From a virus (Duplodnaviria; Caudoviricetes), in IMG/VR virus record IMGVR_UViG_3300021387_001438, positions 11,359 to 75,358 of that record: DNA of 64,000 bases; one strand, written 5' to 3'. Each line of letters starts with the position of its first letter. Position 1 is the first letter of the stretch. Below are positions 30,084 to 40,476 of the stretch, one piece after another. Both the position numbers and the translations under genes were made by a program. The notes beneath the pieces were generated by a model. The model searched no databases, was not told where the DNA came from, and was given only the letters and a program-made list of their open reading frames with translations.

Positions 30084-30629
30084 TTATTCTTCTATTAAAC
30101 CAATAGCCTTAGCTCTCTTCCAAGAAATAATTGACTGCCAAGTTTTTAATTCACCAGTAGTATTATTTTTCTTAGTTGAGACATTTACATAAATATTTAA
30201 ACCTTCAATAATATCTAAAGCGTCAAGTAATGTTGCACTTGATAAGAAAGCCTCTTTATCAAGAATTGGCTTACCAATTTCATCGCCTTCAAACTTAACC
30301 ATATCATTGGCAAATCTGTAACACTTCTGCTCATCACTTAATACAAAGTTAATAAATATCTTTCTACCTTTTGTCTTATTGATTAATTCAAATGTAGAAT
30401 AACCCTTTTCATCAACAACTAAACCTAAACCATCTTCAACAACCTTCATAGTTAAACTAACCATTGGTTCACCAGAAGACTTAGTTGTCTTTAGCTCTGC
30501 CTTTTCAACTTCACATAAATAATATCCATCAGGTAAATCACTATACGAATCATTACCTTCTGGGTCGATTTTATCGACGTCTAACTTTCCTAATAAACTA
30601 TCTAACTTATCAAAATTAAAATTTTCCAT
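30084..30629 (-). CDS. ssDNA-binding protein (DUF669-like)
   Basis: LPDGYYLCEVEKAELKTTKSSGEPMVSLTMKV; next to the AAA recombinase. Confidence 0.7.
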   Translation of the reverse strand: MENFNFDKLDSLLGKLDVDKIDPEGNDSYSDLPDGYYLCEVEKAELKTTKSSGEPMVSLTMKVVEDGLGLVVDEKGYSTFELINKTKGRKIFINFVLSDEQKCYRFANDMVKFEGDEIGKPILDKEAFLSSATLLDALDIIEGLNIYVNVSTKKNNTTGELKTWQSIISWKRAKAIGLIEE

Positions 30630-30647
30630 GTTTTATACCTTCCTTAA

Positions 30648-31766
30648 TTATTGTTTTGCTGCTTTTGCAGCGGCTAATTTTCTTTTGATTTCAGCAATTT
30701 TTTCTTCTTTAGTCATTGCTGTAGTTGGCTTTGGAGTATCAGCAGGTTTAGCTTCAACTTTAACTGGTTCTTCAACTAGCTGTCTAGCTGGTTCACTTGC
30801 AACCTCAGTTGCAGGAGTTGCAGCTCTTCTACCTCTTGTTGATTTTGGTTTTACTTCTTTTACAGGTTCTTCTTGCTTTTCATCAGTCTGTTCAATCTGT
30901 TGAGTCATAGCTTCAACTTCTGCAACTTTGTCAATCTGTTGAGTCATGGCTTCAATTTCTGGGTCTTGTTCTTGAACTTCAACAACGACCTTTGGTGGTT
31001 CAACAACCTTTGGAGTAGAAATTACTGTAGGTTTTTGTGTACTAATAGTTCTAACATTCATATTTGGAGCAGTTAAACCAACTGTTTCAATAAATGTCTT
31101 CCAATCTAGTGGAATTTTAGCTGGGAAATTAGTATCAGGAATACCACGAATGACACCATATTCAGTAGTTCCATCTGGAGATAAACTTAAATATCTCTTA
31201 ATAGTTAAATTTCCATTTTCATCTTCTTCTGGAGTTGCATAGCAACGAAGACAATATCTAACGCAACCAACGATGTCTGTCCATAGCTTTTCAGAAATTT
31301 TATCTGATGGTGCAAACTTTAAATATTCTACACCACGCTTGTCTTTATTCTTGATTGTTACACCATGAGTAAGTAGTATAATGTTCTTTGATTTATTGAT
31401 TAAAGATTTAATAGTCAAGAAGAAATCCTTTCTAACTTGCTTATAACCTTTACCATAACCTAAATCTGATAAGTCTGTTATCTTATTTGCTCTAATATAT
31501 TCTTCTTCACACCATAAATATAGGTCTTCAATTAGGTCAACAACAATTGTATCATAATCATCAAAGCTTCTATTAAATACATCTTTAGCTTCTTTCCAAG
31601 ATTCAACCTTAATATGGTCTTCTTCTTTAGCTCCCCAATCTTCTAGGTAAGCATAATTATCATCAGTACAAATAAAGAATGGTTTACTTATACCATTTGC
31701 ATAGGCGAATACTGATTTACCAACACCAGGTTCACCATAAAAAATAGCCTTAATTGTTTTATTCAT
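30648..31766 (-). CDS. AAA ATPase (AAA_24/Sak4-like recombinase) with low-complexity tail
   Basis: Walker A YGEPGVGKS, Walker B IVVDL, GYGKGY, LLTH; the tail contains a 39-bp near-tandem duplication (EAMTQQI x2). Confidence 0.8.
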   Translation of the reverse strand: MNKTIKAIFYGEPGVGKSVFAYANGISKPFFICTDDNYAYLEDWGAKEEDHIKVESWKEAKDVFNRSFDDYDTIVVDLIEDLYLWCEEEYIRANKITDLSDLGYGKGYKQVRKDFFLTIKSLINKSKNIILLTHGVTIKNKDKRGVEYLKFAPSDKISEKLWTDIVGCVRYCLRCYATPEEDENGNLTIKRYLSLSPDGTTEYGVIRGIPDTNFPAKIPLDWKTFIETVGLTAPNMNVRTISTQKPTVISTPKVVEPPKVVVEVQEQDPEIEAMTQQIDKVAEVEAMTQQIEQTDEKQEEPVKEVKPKSTRGRRAATPATEVASEPARQLVEEPVKVEAKPADTPKPTTAMTKEEKIAEIKRKLAAAKAAKQ

Positions 31767-31778
31767 TTTAATCTCCTT

Positions 31779-32126
31779 TTATTTTTCAATAATTTGTGTT
31801 GAATTCTTTTTAATTTGTTTTAAAATTGCATTCTCAGAAATATCTTGATATGTAATCATCAAAACATTTATTGCGTTTTGTACTGCAATCAAATGAGCCT
31901 TATCTCCTAATTTAATCCAATAGTTAATTGCCATTGGAGTAATTGTAATTCTTTTGATTGGAGTATTAATTGTAAAGCTTTCAAGTATAGAATGAATATT
32001 TTCTCTTGCACAACTTGATGTTTTTACTCCTAACACAGTTGGATTTAACATTCTAAATGAATACTTTTCAACTAAATAATCAAGTTCTTCTTTCGAAAGA
32101 ATTTTAATATTTTTTGGATTTGACAT
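31779..32126 (-). CDS. Hypothetical protein
   Basis: AAGGAG RBS and upstream promoter. Confidence 0.65.
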   Translation of the reverse strand: MSNPKNIKILSKEELDYLVEKYSFRMLNPTVLGVKTSSCARENIHSILESFTINTPIKRITITPMAINYWIKLGDKAHLIAVQNAINVLMITYQDISENAILKQIKKNSTQIIEK

Positions 32127-32183
32127 TTATATCTCCTTTCATCAAAATTTTATTACTTACATTTTAACTTACTTACATTTATA

Positions 32184-32211
32184 ATTATATCACAAACTTA
32201 TAATAAGTAAA
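32184..32211 (-). promoter_or_regulatory. sigma70-type promoter
   Basis: TTTACT-16 nt-TATAAT with TG extended -10 on the minus strand. Confidence 0.5.
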
Positions 32212-32222
32212 TAGCTAAATGA

Positions 32223-33368
32223 TTATTTTTTCAAAATATCTTCTTTACCTTTATAATAATTATAAGTTAGAAAATATTTATCAAGTAATTCATCATTACA
32301 AATATATTCTTGTTTTAAAGCCTCTTTAATATCTTCCCAATTATCAACTGGCTCAAAATCAACACTTCTGAATCCATCAAGAAGTTCTTTAAAATCAGAA
32401 TAGTGATTCAATACATTTTTATGGTCTATTGTCATCATATCGATATCAACACAGTCTCTGACTTTTAATTCACCTAAATCTTCATCATAAAGTGTGTCTT
32501 CAATTTCATACAATAAAAATGCATTTTCAGTATGATAGAAAATATCATAATACTCTGATGGTCCATAAATTCCATTTGCATTAGAATAATTGATAAAATA
32601 GCATTCATTTTCTTCTAAAATCTGTGCTGTATCTGCCATAACAGATAAATTATTAATATAATCATCAATAACAGATTGAGAAAATTCATTAGGAGAATAT
32701 GTATGATGATAAAGTAATCCTTCATTAATATCATATTCTGTCTTTAATCTCATCATAAAACTATCCAAATTCTCATTTTTCTTTTGTTTTATTTTTGACT
32801 TGATTAAACTTATTATACCAATCTTATAAACTGGAACATCTGGAAAATTATGCTTTAATAAAAATATATATCTATAAATCTGTTCCAAATATTTATTCCA
32901 ATCTGGAGCTTCACTTGCTGTTTTATAATCTATAATAATAAATCCTTTATCAGTAAGTAATAGTAAATCAATAATTCCCATGAAAGTATGGTCTTTATCA
33001 AATCTAAATGATTTAAGTGGAGCATACAAAGTTAATTCATGCATTTCTTCATAGCATTCTAACTGTTCTCCAGTTTCTTCATCTTTTAAAATCTCTGATA
33101 AAATTTCATTTTTATGGATTAAATATCCATGTACCATTGATTCTGCTAAACACTGTTGTGGTGTATACTGTCCTTTATCATAAAAACTTCCGTGTTCATT
33201 AAAGTATTCTAATAAATCTTCAGTATTATTTTCAATTCCCCAATGTACAGCAGAACCAATAGCTAGGGCCGGTTTTGTAACTTTTAAATGTATTTTTTGT
33301 TTATAATTTAAATAAAATGACATTGGACATTCAAACATTTTATTTAATTTAGAATGTGATAAAAACAT
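32223..33368 (-). CDS. PD-(D/E)XK nuclease (RecB/Cas4-like exonuclease)
   Basis: LSHSKL..FECP, GSAVH, GIIDLL, IIDYKT; AGGAGG RBS supports start MFLSH at 33368. Confidence 0.8.
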   Translation of the reverse strand: MFLSHSKLNKMFECPMSFYLNYKQKIHLKVTKPALAIGSAVHWGIENNTEDLLEYFNEHGSFYDKGQYTPQQCLAESMVHGYLIHKNEILSEILKDEETGEQLECYEEMHELTLYAPLKSFRFDKDHTFMGIIDLLLLTDKGFIIIDYKTASEAPDWNKYLEQIYRYIFLLKHNFPDVPVYKIGIISLIKSKIKQKKNENLDSFMMRLKTEYDINEGLLYHHTYSPNEFSQSVIDDYINNLSVMADTAQILEENECYFINYSNANGIYGPSEYYDIFYHTENAFLLYEIEDTLYDEDLGELKVRDCVDIDMMTIDHKNVLNHYSDFKELLDGFRSVDFEPVDNWEDIKEALKQEYICNDELLDKYFLTYNYYKGKEDILKK

Positions 33369-33529
33369 ATAATTCCTCCTAATTTTTGGTAAATAAAAAT
33401 GTATACCATAATTTCTTATGGTATACATCAATCAGAAGATTAAAACAAATAACAAACTAGTAACAAACTTATCATGTTTGTCAAGATTATTATATAGTCA
33501 ATCTTTTTGAAATGCTACCAAAAGATAAC

Positions 33530-33742
33530 TTAATCGTTTAAAATAATATAATCAATTTCTGTTTTATCGATTATAATATTTTCAGTTAGCTTAACATATC
33601 TTTGTGGAGAATTTAATGTTTCTTGTAATTCATCAAAAAATTCAACTGGGTCACCATTGACCTTTATTTTACAAAATAATTTTTTGTTTTTCTTTTTATA
33701 TACGCTAATTGATTTTTCTGGATTAATCGTTGTCGTTATCAT
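33530..33742 (-). CDS. Hypothetical protein
   Basis: ORF overlapping its upstream neighbour in the operon. Confidence 0.5.
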   Translation of the reverse strand: MITTTINPEKSISVYKKKNKKLFCKIKVNGDPVEFFDELQETLNSPQRYVKLTENIIIDKTEIDYIILND

Positions 33743-33932
33743 CTAGCACATCTCCTTCATAAATAACATGACCAGTTTCTTTATCTCTATAAATTTTTCC
33801 TTTTTTAATTAGTCTAAAGAATTCTTTTTTAGAATCAGTTTTTGATGGTTTTCTATTGGTAATCTTACACCAATTTATATAATCAATCGAACTAACTCCA
33901 GTAATTCTTAGACTTTCTTCATTAATATACAC
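33723..33932 (-). CDS. Hypothetical protein
   Basis: GGAGG RBS; operon context. Confidence 0.55.
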   Translation of the reverse strand: MYINEESLRITGVSSIDYINWCKITNRKPSKTDSKKEFFRLIKKGKIYRDKETGHVIYEGDVLDDNDND

Positions 33933-33933
33933 T

Positions 33934-34485
33934 TTATTTACCTCCTTGTATTACATCTAGCATTGCTCTTAATTCTTCAGCAGAGCAGTTTTTAACATCT
34001 GTAACTGTATTTTCTGGAACAATATCTAATACTTCAGGACTGTCAATTACCTTTGATTGAGCATCATGAATTTTTAATATCATATCCATATATCTTAATT
34101 TAAGTTTACCGTCAACTCTTTCATGTTCAGGACATTCATCCATAACTATACTTGATGCATAACCGCCAAGTTCACTTAAAGTTAACATTTTTCTTGAAAG
34201 CTGTTGATGTTTTATTGCCGAGTTTATTCTTACAATTTCTTCTCTAATACCATATTTAAAATAAATTTTTTGAAGCTCTACTTCTGGAATTTTCAAAATT
34301 TTACCAACAACCTTAATATCATTATATTCTACCATATATTTTACAAATAATTTTTCTTTGTTTGTAAATCCATATTCACCAATTGGGTCCGCTTCTAATG
34401 AATAGGTTGGTTCTGTTGATAATTTATTGTCATATTCTTTTTGGATTTTACCTAAATCCATATCTTCATTTTTATCATTTCCCAT
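33934..34485 (-). CDS. Possible terminase small subunit-like protein
   Basis: TNKEKLFVKYMVEYND resembles the HTH start of TerS proteins; KLRYMDMILK helix. Confidence 0.4.
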   Translation of the reverse strand: MGNDKNEDMDLGKIQKEYDNKLSTEPTYSLEADPIGEYGFTNKEKLFVKYMVEYNDIKVVGKILKIPEVELQKIYFKYGIREEIVRINSAIKHQQLSRKMLTLSELGGYASSIVMDECPEHERVDGKLKLRYMDMILKIHDAQSKVIDSPEVLDIVPENTVTDVKNCSAEELRAMLDVIQGGK

Positions 34486-34491
34486 TATTTA

Positions 34492-36213
34492 TCAGCTCCC
34501 TAAAATTTTTATTTTTCCATTTATAAACGCTACTTTAATATAGGCCGCATTCATACCCATCTTTTTTGGTTCAACATTATATATCTTCTTTAATCCTTGA
34601 GAAAATGATATAGCTGAACCAGTATATCTTACAATTTGTCTTAATAATTGAAGATTAATATAAACATCATTTTCTAGGAAATAACTAATATAATCTTCTT
34701 CAGAAACAAGGAATTTATCAATCATATCTTCATAACTAAATATACCCATTTTCTTAATAGTTGGAGAAGCGTGCAATTTTTTACAGTTCATATCATAAAA
34801 TAATTCTTTACAATTTTCTTTGTTATTTGCATTCTCATGAATAAATGAGTTAATTCTATCAATTGTTATACAATCAATAGCATCTTTTAATGTGAAGTCG
34901 ATATCACTATAAGACATCTTCCAATCATTTTCAGTAAATTCAAAATTTCTTTTGAAACAGTTTGTTCCTAACATGATACCATACATAGCAAAATAAATAT
35001 ATATTATTGTGTTACTAACATCATCTTTTAATTCTTTTAAACTATCTGAGAATGTTGTATCATAATAATCTCCTTTTTTAAGAAATCTTTTTTCTTTATC
35101 ATATGTATAATAAATTTCAAATATATTTATTCTTCTTCTAAAACCATTTGTTGTATCACTAAATTTAATTTTTTCTTGGTCATTACCAGCAAAAATAAAT
35201 TTACAATTAAGAATTGTTGAATACTTATCAACACCTTTATGTTCAGCAAATTGTAGCATTGAACCTGTCAAAGCTTTAATCATTTTAGATTCTGTATATG
35301 TTTTTGCTGAAGTTTCAAGGAAAATATTATGTGAATGATTTTCAAGTGAACCAACTATGAATCTATCTGCTTCGATATCATCAAGGCTGTTTGCAGCTAC
35401 TCTTGGAATAACCCTATTCGAAAAGCAACCATCAAACAATGAATTTTTACCATTTTGGCCAGCACCAATTAGCATAACGAAATACTGACTAAATGATTGT
35501 AATACTGTATATCCTAATATCTCACATAAATGTTTGAATCTTTGCATACTAAACTTATGACAATCATTAAATGACATATTATATAGAAGCTCAAAGCAAT
35601 AATTCTTTTGAGTTTCATTTAATTCTCTTAATAAATCAACAAATTCTTCAAGTGAAAAATCCTTGATATTAATATCTAATGGTTCAAATTCAAAATTAAA
35701 ATACCAATGAATGATATATTTGCTATCATAAATATAAATTTTATTTGCACATTGTGGAACAGAAATTATTTTATATTTAAATAGCCAATCATTTTTATCA
35801 AAATCAAATACACCATTTCTAAATGCAACTTGACTATCTGATAATTCATAGACTCTTACTGCATCCGTTTCATCATCGATACCAACTTTAATAAGAGAAG
35901 TTTTAATATTTTTTGTGAATGATGCAACAATATCAGCAATTCTATCTTCACCTTCATCTGAAGGAGTTGTAAAATATTTGTATCTTAGTAAAGCATAAAG
36001 ATTATCAATTAAGATTTCTTTTGCTTCTTTTAAACCACAAAATTTATAATTTATTTGGTCAAATCTTTTTGCCAAATAATTTTCATCATATACATAAACT
36101 TGACACTCTTGAGCTAATAATGGTCGCCAATCAACAAGACTCATTTTCATATAAATTTGTTTTTGTTGAACATTGTTTGCCAAGTTTGCAACACTGTTTT
36201 GCAAATTTACCAC
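34492..36213 (-). CDS. D5-like SF3 DNA helicase (primase-associated)
   Basis: VAFRNGVFD, Walker A GAGQNGKN, IKALTG, FIFAGND, GFRRRI. Confidence 0.85.
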   Translation of the reverse strand: MVNLQNSVANLANNVQQKQIYMKMSLVDWRPLLAQECQVYVYDENYLAKRFDQINYKFCGLKEAKEILIDNLYALLRYKYFTTPSDEGEDRIADIVASFTKNIKTSLIKVGIDDETDAVRVYELSDSQVAFRNGVFDFDKNDWLFKYKIISVPQCANKIYIYDSKYIIHWYFNFEFEPLDINIKDFSLEEFVDLLRELNETQKNYCFELLYNMSFNDCHKFSMQRFKHLCEILGYTVLQSFSQYFVMLIGAGQNGKNSLFDGCFSNRVIPRVAANSLDDIEADRFIVGSLENHSHNIFLETSAKTYTESKMIKALTGSMLQFAEHKGVDKYSTILNCKFIFAGNDQEKIKFSDTTNGFRRRINIFEIYYTYDKEKRFLKKGDYYDTTFSDSLKELKDDVSNTIIYIYFAMYGIMLGTNCFKRNFEFTENDWKMSYSDIDFTLKDAIDCITIDRINSFIHENANNKENCKELFYDMNCKKLHASPTIKKMGIFSYEDMIDKFLVSEEDYISYFLENDVYINLQLLRQIVRYTGSAISFSQGLKKIYNVEPKKMGMNAAYIKVAFINGKIKILGS

Positions 36214-36220
36214 CTACTTT

Positions 36221-36514
36221 TTAAATACTTAAAATATAACCTATTGTACCATATGTCATATTGGTACTAATATTTTCACTTTCATGAATAGTGATTTCTT
36301 CAACCTTTAATATTCTTTTTAAAGTCTCAAGATTAATTTTATTTAATGTGTTATCATTAATAAAACAATTTCCATAAGTTGATAGATTTCTACAAATCCA
36401 CTTATATTTTGTTTCCAATTCTGATGGAAGTTTCTTTTTAGTTTCTTTACTAATTTCTTTTAACTCTTCATCAATCCCATAAAACTTAATTTTATCACTT
36501 ACACTTTGTCTCAT
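36221..36514 (-). CDS. Hypothetical protein
   Basis: ORF in operon. Confidence 0.55.
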   Translation of the reverse strand: MRQSVSDKIKFYGIDEELKEISKETKKKLPSELETKYKWICRNLSTYGNCFINDNTLNKINLETLKRILKVEEITIHESENISTNMTYGTIGYILSI

Positions 36515-36515
36515 A

Positions 36516-37112
36516 TTATCTTGGCCAATCCTTAATATTATAATTATTTTTTATAATCCATTTTCTTGTTGTAATAATTATTTCTGTAAAAAGCTTGTTT
36601 GTTATGTTTGGTAAATTTTCTAGTGTTGAATAATTGTATGTTAATAGTTCATTAATTGTTTTAATCTTATTGGTTTTTAAAAATTTAATTATTTTATTTG
36701 ATGTATTTAGTTTTTCAATTGGAATATTCTCTTCAATAAAATATTCATCAATAATATTTCCTGCTACAATAGTTCCATTTTTAGTATTAATTTCTAATGG
36801 TTTTATTTCAGTTCTTTTTGGTAATAAAAATTTTTCTCTTATTTCATCTGTTTTTAATACTTTAAATGTTGCTGCTAAATTTTCTTGAACTTCTCTTATA
36901 CTGATTTTATATTTATTTGAGATTTCTTCATAAGATTTATTATTTTTATAAATGTCTAATAAAATATTTATTGCATTATCTTTAAATAAATTTTTATGTG
37001 AACTATATACATTATATAAAATTTTTTCAAAATTGTTAATATCAAATTTATCTAATTCATTATAATCTTTTGCAATGGCACCAAGTATAAAAATTTTATA
37101 TGGATACATCAT
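36516..37112 (-). CDS. Putative transcription regulator: sigma70 region-4-like HTH plus RNAP alpha-CTD-like domain
   Basis: KSYEEISNKYKISIREVQENL HTH; IPIEKLNTSNKIIKFLKTNKIKTINELL...LENLPNI matches the alpha-CTD consensus. Confidence 0.6.
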   Translation of the reverse strand: MMYPYKIFILGAIAKDYNELDKFDINNFEKILYNVYSSHKNLFKDNAINILLDIYKNNKSYEEISNKYKISIREVQENLAATFKVLKTDEIREKFLLPKRTEIKPLEINTKNGTIVAGNIIDEYFIEENIPIEKLNTSNKIIKFLKTNKIKTINELLTYNYSTLENLPNITNKLFTEIIITTRKWIIKNNYNIKDWPR

Positions 37113-37402
37113 ACTCCTCCATGATAAATTTTGATATCACCATTAGGAGACATTACTACTTTTTTAACATCACCAATTCTACTTCCTCTAACTACAACGG
37201 ATTTATCTGCTGCACAACCAGATTCTTTTGAATCCTTAAAAAGTTCTTGTGGATTTACATCAATACCAATATTATCTGGTTCTGATTGCTTGTTAAGCAC
37301 ATCTCTACCAGGACCCATAATAGTATTAATTATATGATTTCTGTAAGCTTCATCATCATTAATATCAAATCCATAAAGCATAATTGATAATCTTTTATCC
37401 AT
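37109..37402 (-). CDS. Hypothetical protein
   Basis: AGGAG RBS; ATGA overlap with the next gene. Confidence 0.6.
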   Translation of the reverse strand: MDKRLSIMLYGFDINDDEAYRNHIINTIMGPGRDVLNKQSEPDNIGIDVNPQELFKDSKESGCAADKSVVVRGSRIGDVKKVVMSPNGDIKIYHGGV

Positions 37403-37416
37403 AATTATTCTCCTTT

Positions 37417-37740
37417 CTATTCTTTAATAAGCTTAATTAAAATTTTCCAATATTTTCCGTTTTCATCAAAGTCTGGGTCTTTGAAAAGGGTATTCTCAAA
37501 AAGTTGAAATTTACTTAAAATTATTTCTTCTATGACCTTTTCAGGTACTTGTGCTTCTCGTAATGATGAAACGATATCTGGTTTTGAGTTAATTACATAT
37601 TCTACATCATTTATAACAAGAGACATACCAAGTGGTGGCTTACCTGTTATCGCTTTTCCAACAGCATCTCTTAACTCTAAAGAGTCATAGAATCCTTCAA
37701 TATATCTATATGAGTCATCAAAATTCTGGTACATTGGCAT
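37417..37740 (-). CDS. Hypothetical protein
   Basis: TAATG coupling with the upstream gene. Confidence 0.6.
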   Translation of the reverse strand: MPMYQNFDDSYRYIEGFYDSLELRDAVGKAITGKPPLGMSLVINDVEYVINSKPDIVSSLREAQVPEKVIEEIILSKFQLFENTLFKDPDFDENGKYWKILIKLIKE

Positions 37741-38093
37741 TATGCGACACCATCACATTCTGATGAGGTAAAGAAATCATCATCTGATTTATTTGTAAGT
37801 CCCATAAGTTCTGGCAAATTTGACATTGTATACTCAAGAGCTTCAGGAATTGCTGCATTTAACATTGTATTAAATAGCTTTGTTAATAGATTTATACTTT
37901 CAATTTCTTCTTTTGTTTTACCTTTTATACTGTTAAACTGTAAATCATTTAATTCATCAACTAATTTTCCAGTATATGCTTGTAAAATATCAACTACCAT
38001 GCTGGCAAATTCAGTCATACCAATTGGTTTTATTTCTGCATCATCAGGAATATTATTATCTTCAATTATCTTTTTGATTTTTTCATCAACCAT
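37740..38093 (-). CDS. Hypothetical protein
   Basis: GGAAGGTGA RBS supports start MVDEK. Confidence 0.6.
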   Translation of the reverse strand: MVDEKIKKIIEDNNIPDDAEIKPIGMTEFASMVVDILQAYTGKLVDELNDLQFNSIKGKTKEEIESINLLTKLFNTMLNAAIPEALEYTMSNLPELMGLTNKSDDDFFTSSECDGVA

Positions 38094-38097
38094 ATTA

Positions 38098-38325
38098 TCA
38101 CCTTCCATATAAATATAAATCAAATTCTTCATTCGGTTGATACACAAATCCAGGTAAATCCCAACGAGATTTTACAACTTTTCTTTTAGATTTTGCATAT
38201 CGACCTTCAAGTCCATCTGTTGTAGAATTTATAGTTTTACTAATTTTTGTGCAATTACATCTGTCACATTTTTGGTCTTTATCTTTTAATCCTATAACAA
38301 TATGACCACATTCCATTAAATACAT
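38098..38325 (-). CDS. Small Cys-containing hypothetical protein
   Basis: MYLMECGH...CDRC zinc-like motif. Confidence 0.55.
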   Translation of the reverse strand: MYLMECGHIVIGLKDKDQKCDRCNCTKISKTINSTTDGLEGRYAKSKRKVVKSRWDLPGFVYQPNEEFDLYLYGR

Positions 38326-38326
38326 T

Positions 38327-38869
38327 TTATTTGTCTTTCTCAATAACAACCACGCTCCAATTATAGACTGTACCACCTCTTTTAAGTGCTGTACTTAATG
38401 CTGTTTTAATAGTATTGATTGATGCTCTAGTTTGTTTTACCGATTTTAAATACATTGCAGCATCTGCCATAGACTTAAATTCTACTTCAGTACATTCTAG
38501 TCTATTAATTAATTTAATCTTTTTTCTATGCTTTTCTCTTAACTTATCATAAGCTCCTAATTTATTTTGTCGATTTATAAATGATTTCTTTGTTAACCAA
38601 ATTAAATTATCTGCAGAATTATCTTTTGTATCTAAATTAATATGACCAACAATTAGCGGTTCATCAGTATCTGGTTTTTCAAGAAAAGCTTCAGCAACTA
38701 ATCTTGCAACACTTGCACTAATTACTTTTCCATTATGGAACAGGGTTACAAAATATTGATTACAATCTTTACGAATAAACTGTGATAATATTTTTTTTGA
38801 TTTACGACTATATATTATTCCATTATCATATACTTCATAATTATCATATACTAATTTAAATCTTGCCAT
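38327..38869 (-). CDS. NUMOD4/HNH homing-endonuclease-like protein
   Basis: YEVYDNG.I, SVARLVAEAFL, VGHINLDTKDNSADNLIW, C-terminal NUMOD1-like EFKSMADAA. Confidence 0.75.
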   Translation of the reverse strand: MARFKLVYDNYEVYDNGIIYSRKSKKILSQFIRKDCNQYFVTLFHNGKVISASVARLVAEAFLEKPDTDEPLIVGHINLDTKDNSADNLIWLTKKSFINRQNKLGAYDKLREKHRKKIKLINRLECTEVEFKSMADAAMYLKSVKQTRASINTIKTALSTALKRGGTVYNWSVVVIEKDK

Positions 38870-38872
38870 AGA

Positions 38873-40420
38873 TTAATCTCCTTTATATTTTGATAAATCC
38901 ATTTTAAACATTTCATCAGTATACTCAACACCTTGTTCAAGAGATTCTTTCATTCTTCTCTCAACCCAATTTTCTTGATAAAATACATGATAGAATACAG
39001 GTTCTTTTGAACCAATTCGATGAACTCTTTTTAATGACTGTGCCCAGTTTTTATATACTGGAGTAGAGAAGATTATACAATGATTCCATAACTGATAATT
39101 TCCACCAGCTGAGCCACTATCAAAATTCATAAGAATTATATTCTTTTTATTTGTTAATCTTTCTTCTTTTGTTTGACTTACAAATCTATCATAGAAAAAA
39201 GTTGATTTAATCTGACCACACATTATATCTATATTGTATTCTAATTCTTCACAAAGATTATATAATTCAAATAATTCTGGAGTGTAATTATAAAACAGTA
39301 CATAATTGTCCTCATTATTTTCTAATAAATTTCTTAATTGATTTAATCTATCTTTGTTATACCAAATTGAATCTTCTGCATTTCCTTGAAATCCTATTGA
39401 AATTTGTCTTGCTCTTAAATACATTCCAGCAGCAGTTTGACATAAATAATTAAAATCAGGATAATCAAGGTTTCTATAAAATGGATTATTTACTTTTGAT
39501 TTTGTTTTATAAATTGAAATATCTTCTACTTCAATATTTCTTTTAGCTAAATAGCTTTCTATTATATTTCCTCTTACCTGTTCTGATACTAACATATTAA
39601 AATCAATTGTTGCAGGAAGAGTATGATTTATAAAAATTTGTTCTGGTAGGTCAACAACCTCATCTGATTTTATTGTTAATCCATATTGATGAACTAAATC
39701 ATAAAATTCATCTTCATTTTTATATCCAACAATTGGTTGTTCCCAGTCTTTTAAACTTGGAACGTGTCCCATGATACAAAACTTATCTTTAAATTTTGTT
39801 TTACTCATTGTACAACCAAGAAGAGATAATTGATTATGCATATCAATAAATCCAACTGAAAATGGAGTACCACTTAATAAATATAAATATGATTTCTTAG
39901 CATAAATTTTACAATAATCATTTAACATTTTGATACATTTTGAACGAGCAGAATCCGCATTTTTAATCATATGAGATTCATCAATTATTAATGCAATATT
40001 ATCTCCTTTAGAATTTTTAATAAAGTCCATAAATGTATCTTTGATTTTAATAATCTTCTTTGGTTTTGAATGCATGTATTCTTCAGTTCTTGCAGTAAAT
40101 AATGCTTGATAATTAACCACAATAATCTGACCATTTTCAGTATTATAATCTATCTTTTTAACGGTTTTAACATTATATTTATCAAGTGGAATATCATATT
40201 CTTTTGACCAATATAGCCACGAACCATTAGTATTTTCTGTTTCTAATGCTTTATCTTTAAGTGTAACAACAATGATTTTTGTACAATTATTTGCTTCAGC
40301 TAATGCAAGAGCTGTAATTGTTTTTCCAAGTCCCATATCTAAGAATAATCCATATGATTGTTTTGATTTTAAATCATCAACTATTTTCTTTTGAAATGGA
40401 AATAACTTGTCATAAATCAT
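38873..40420 (-). CDS. SNF2-family helicase
   Basis: LFLDMGLGKT, IIDESH, LSGTP, QSLKRVHRIGSK. Confidence 0.9.
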   Translation of the reverse strand: MIYDKLFPFQKKIVDDLKSKQSYGLFLDMGLGKTITALALAEANNCTKIIVVTLKDKALETENTNGSWLYWSKEYDIPLDKYNVKTVKKIDYNTENGQIIVVNYQALFTARTEEYMHSKPKKIIKIKDTFMDFIKNSKGDNIALIIDESHMIKNADSARSKCIKMLNDYCKIYAKKSYLYLLSGTPFSVGFIDMHNQLSLLGCTMSKTKFKDKFCIMGHVPSLKDWEQPIVGYKNEDEFYDLVHQYGLTIKSDEVVDLPEQIFINHTLPATIDFNMLVSEQVRGNIIESYLAKRNIEVEDISIYKTKSKVNNPFYRNLDYPDFNYLCQTAAGMYLRARQISIGFQGNAEDSIWYNKDRLNQLRNLLENNEDNYVLFYNYTPELFELYNLCEELEYNIDIMCGQIKSTFFYDRFVSQTKEERLTNKKNIILMNFDSGSAGGNYQLWNHCIIFSTPVYKNWAQSLKRVHRIGSKEPVFYHVFYQENWVERRMKESLEQGVEYTDEMFKMDLSKYKGD

Positions 40421-40444
40421 GCTATCATCACCTCATCTTTCTAT

Positions 40445-40473
40445 ATTATATCATAAATTTAATGTAATGTAAA
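40445..40473 (-). promoter_or_regulatory. sigma70-type promoter
   Basis: TTTACA-17 nt-TATAAT with TG extended -10 on the minus strand. Confidence 0.6.
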
Positions 40474-40476
40474 TAT

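Noticed and set aside
30892-30960. 39-bp duplication in the AAA gene tail
   Set aside because: In-frame duplication within a disordered linker; ordinary.
32223-33368. Cas4 as part of a CRISPR-like system
   Set aside because: It sits with the AAA recombinase and SSB, 16 kb from the RAMP locus; better explained as a recombination exonuclease.
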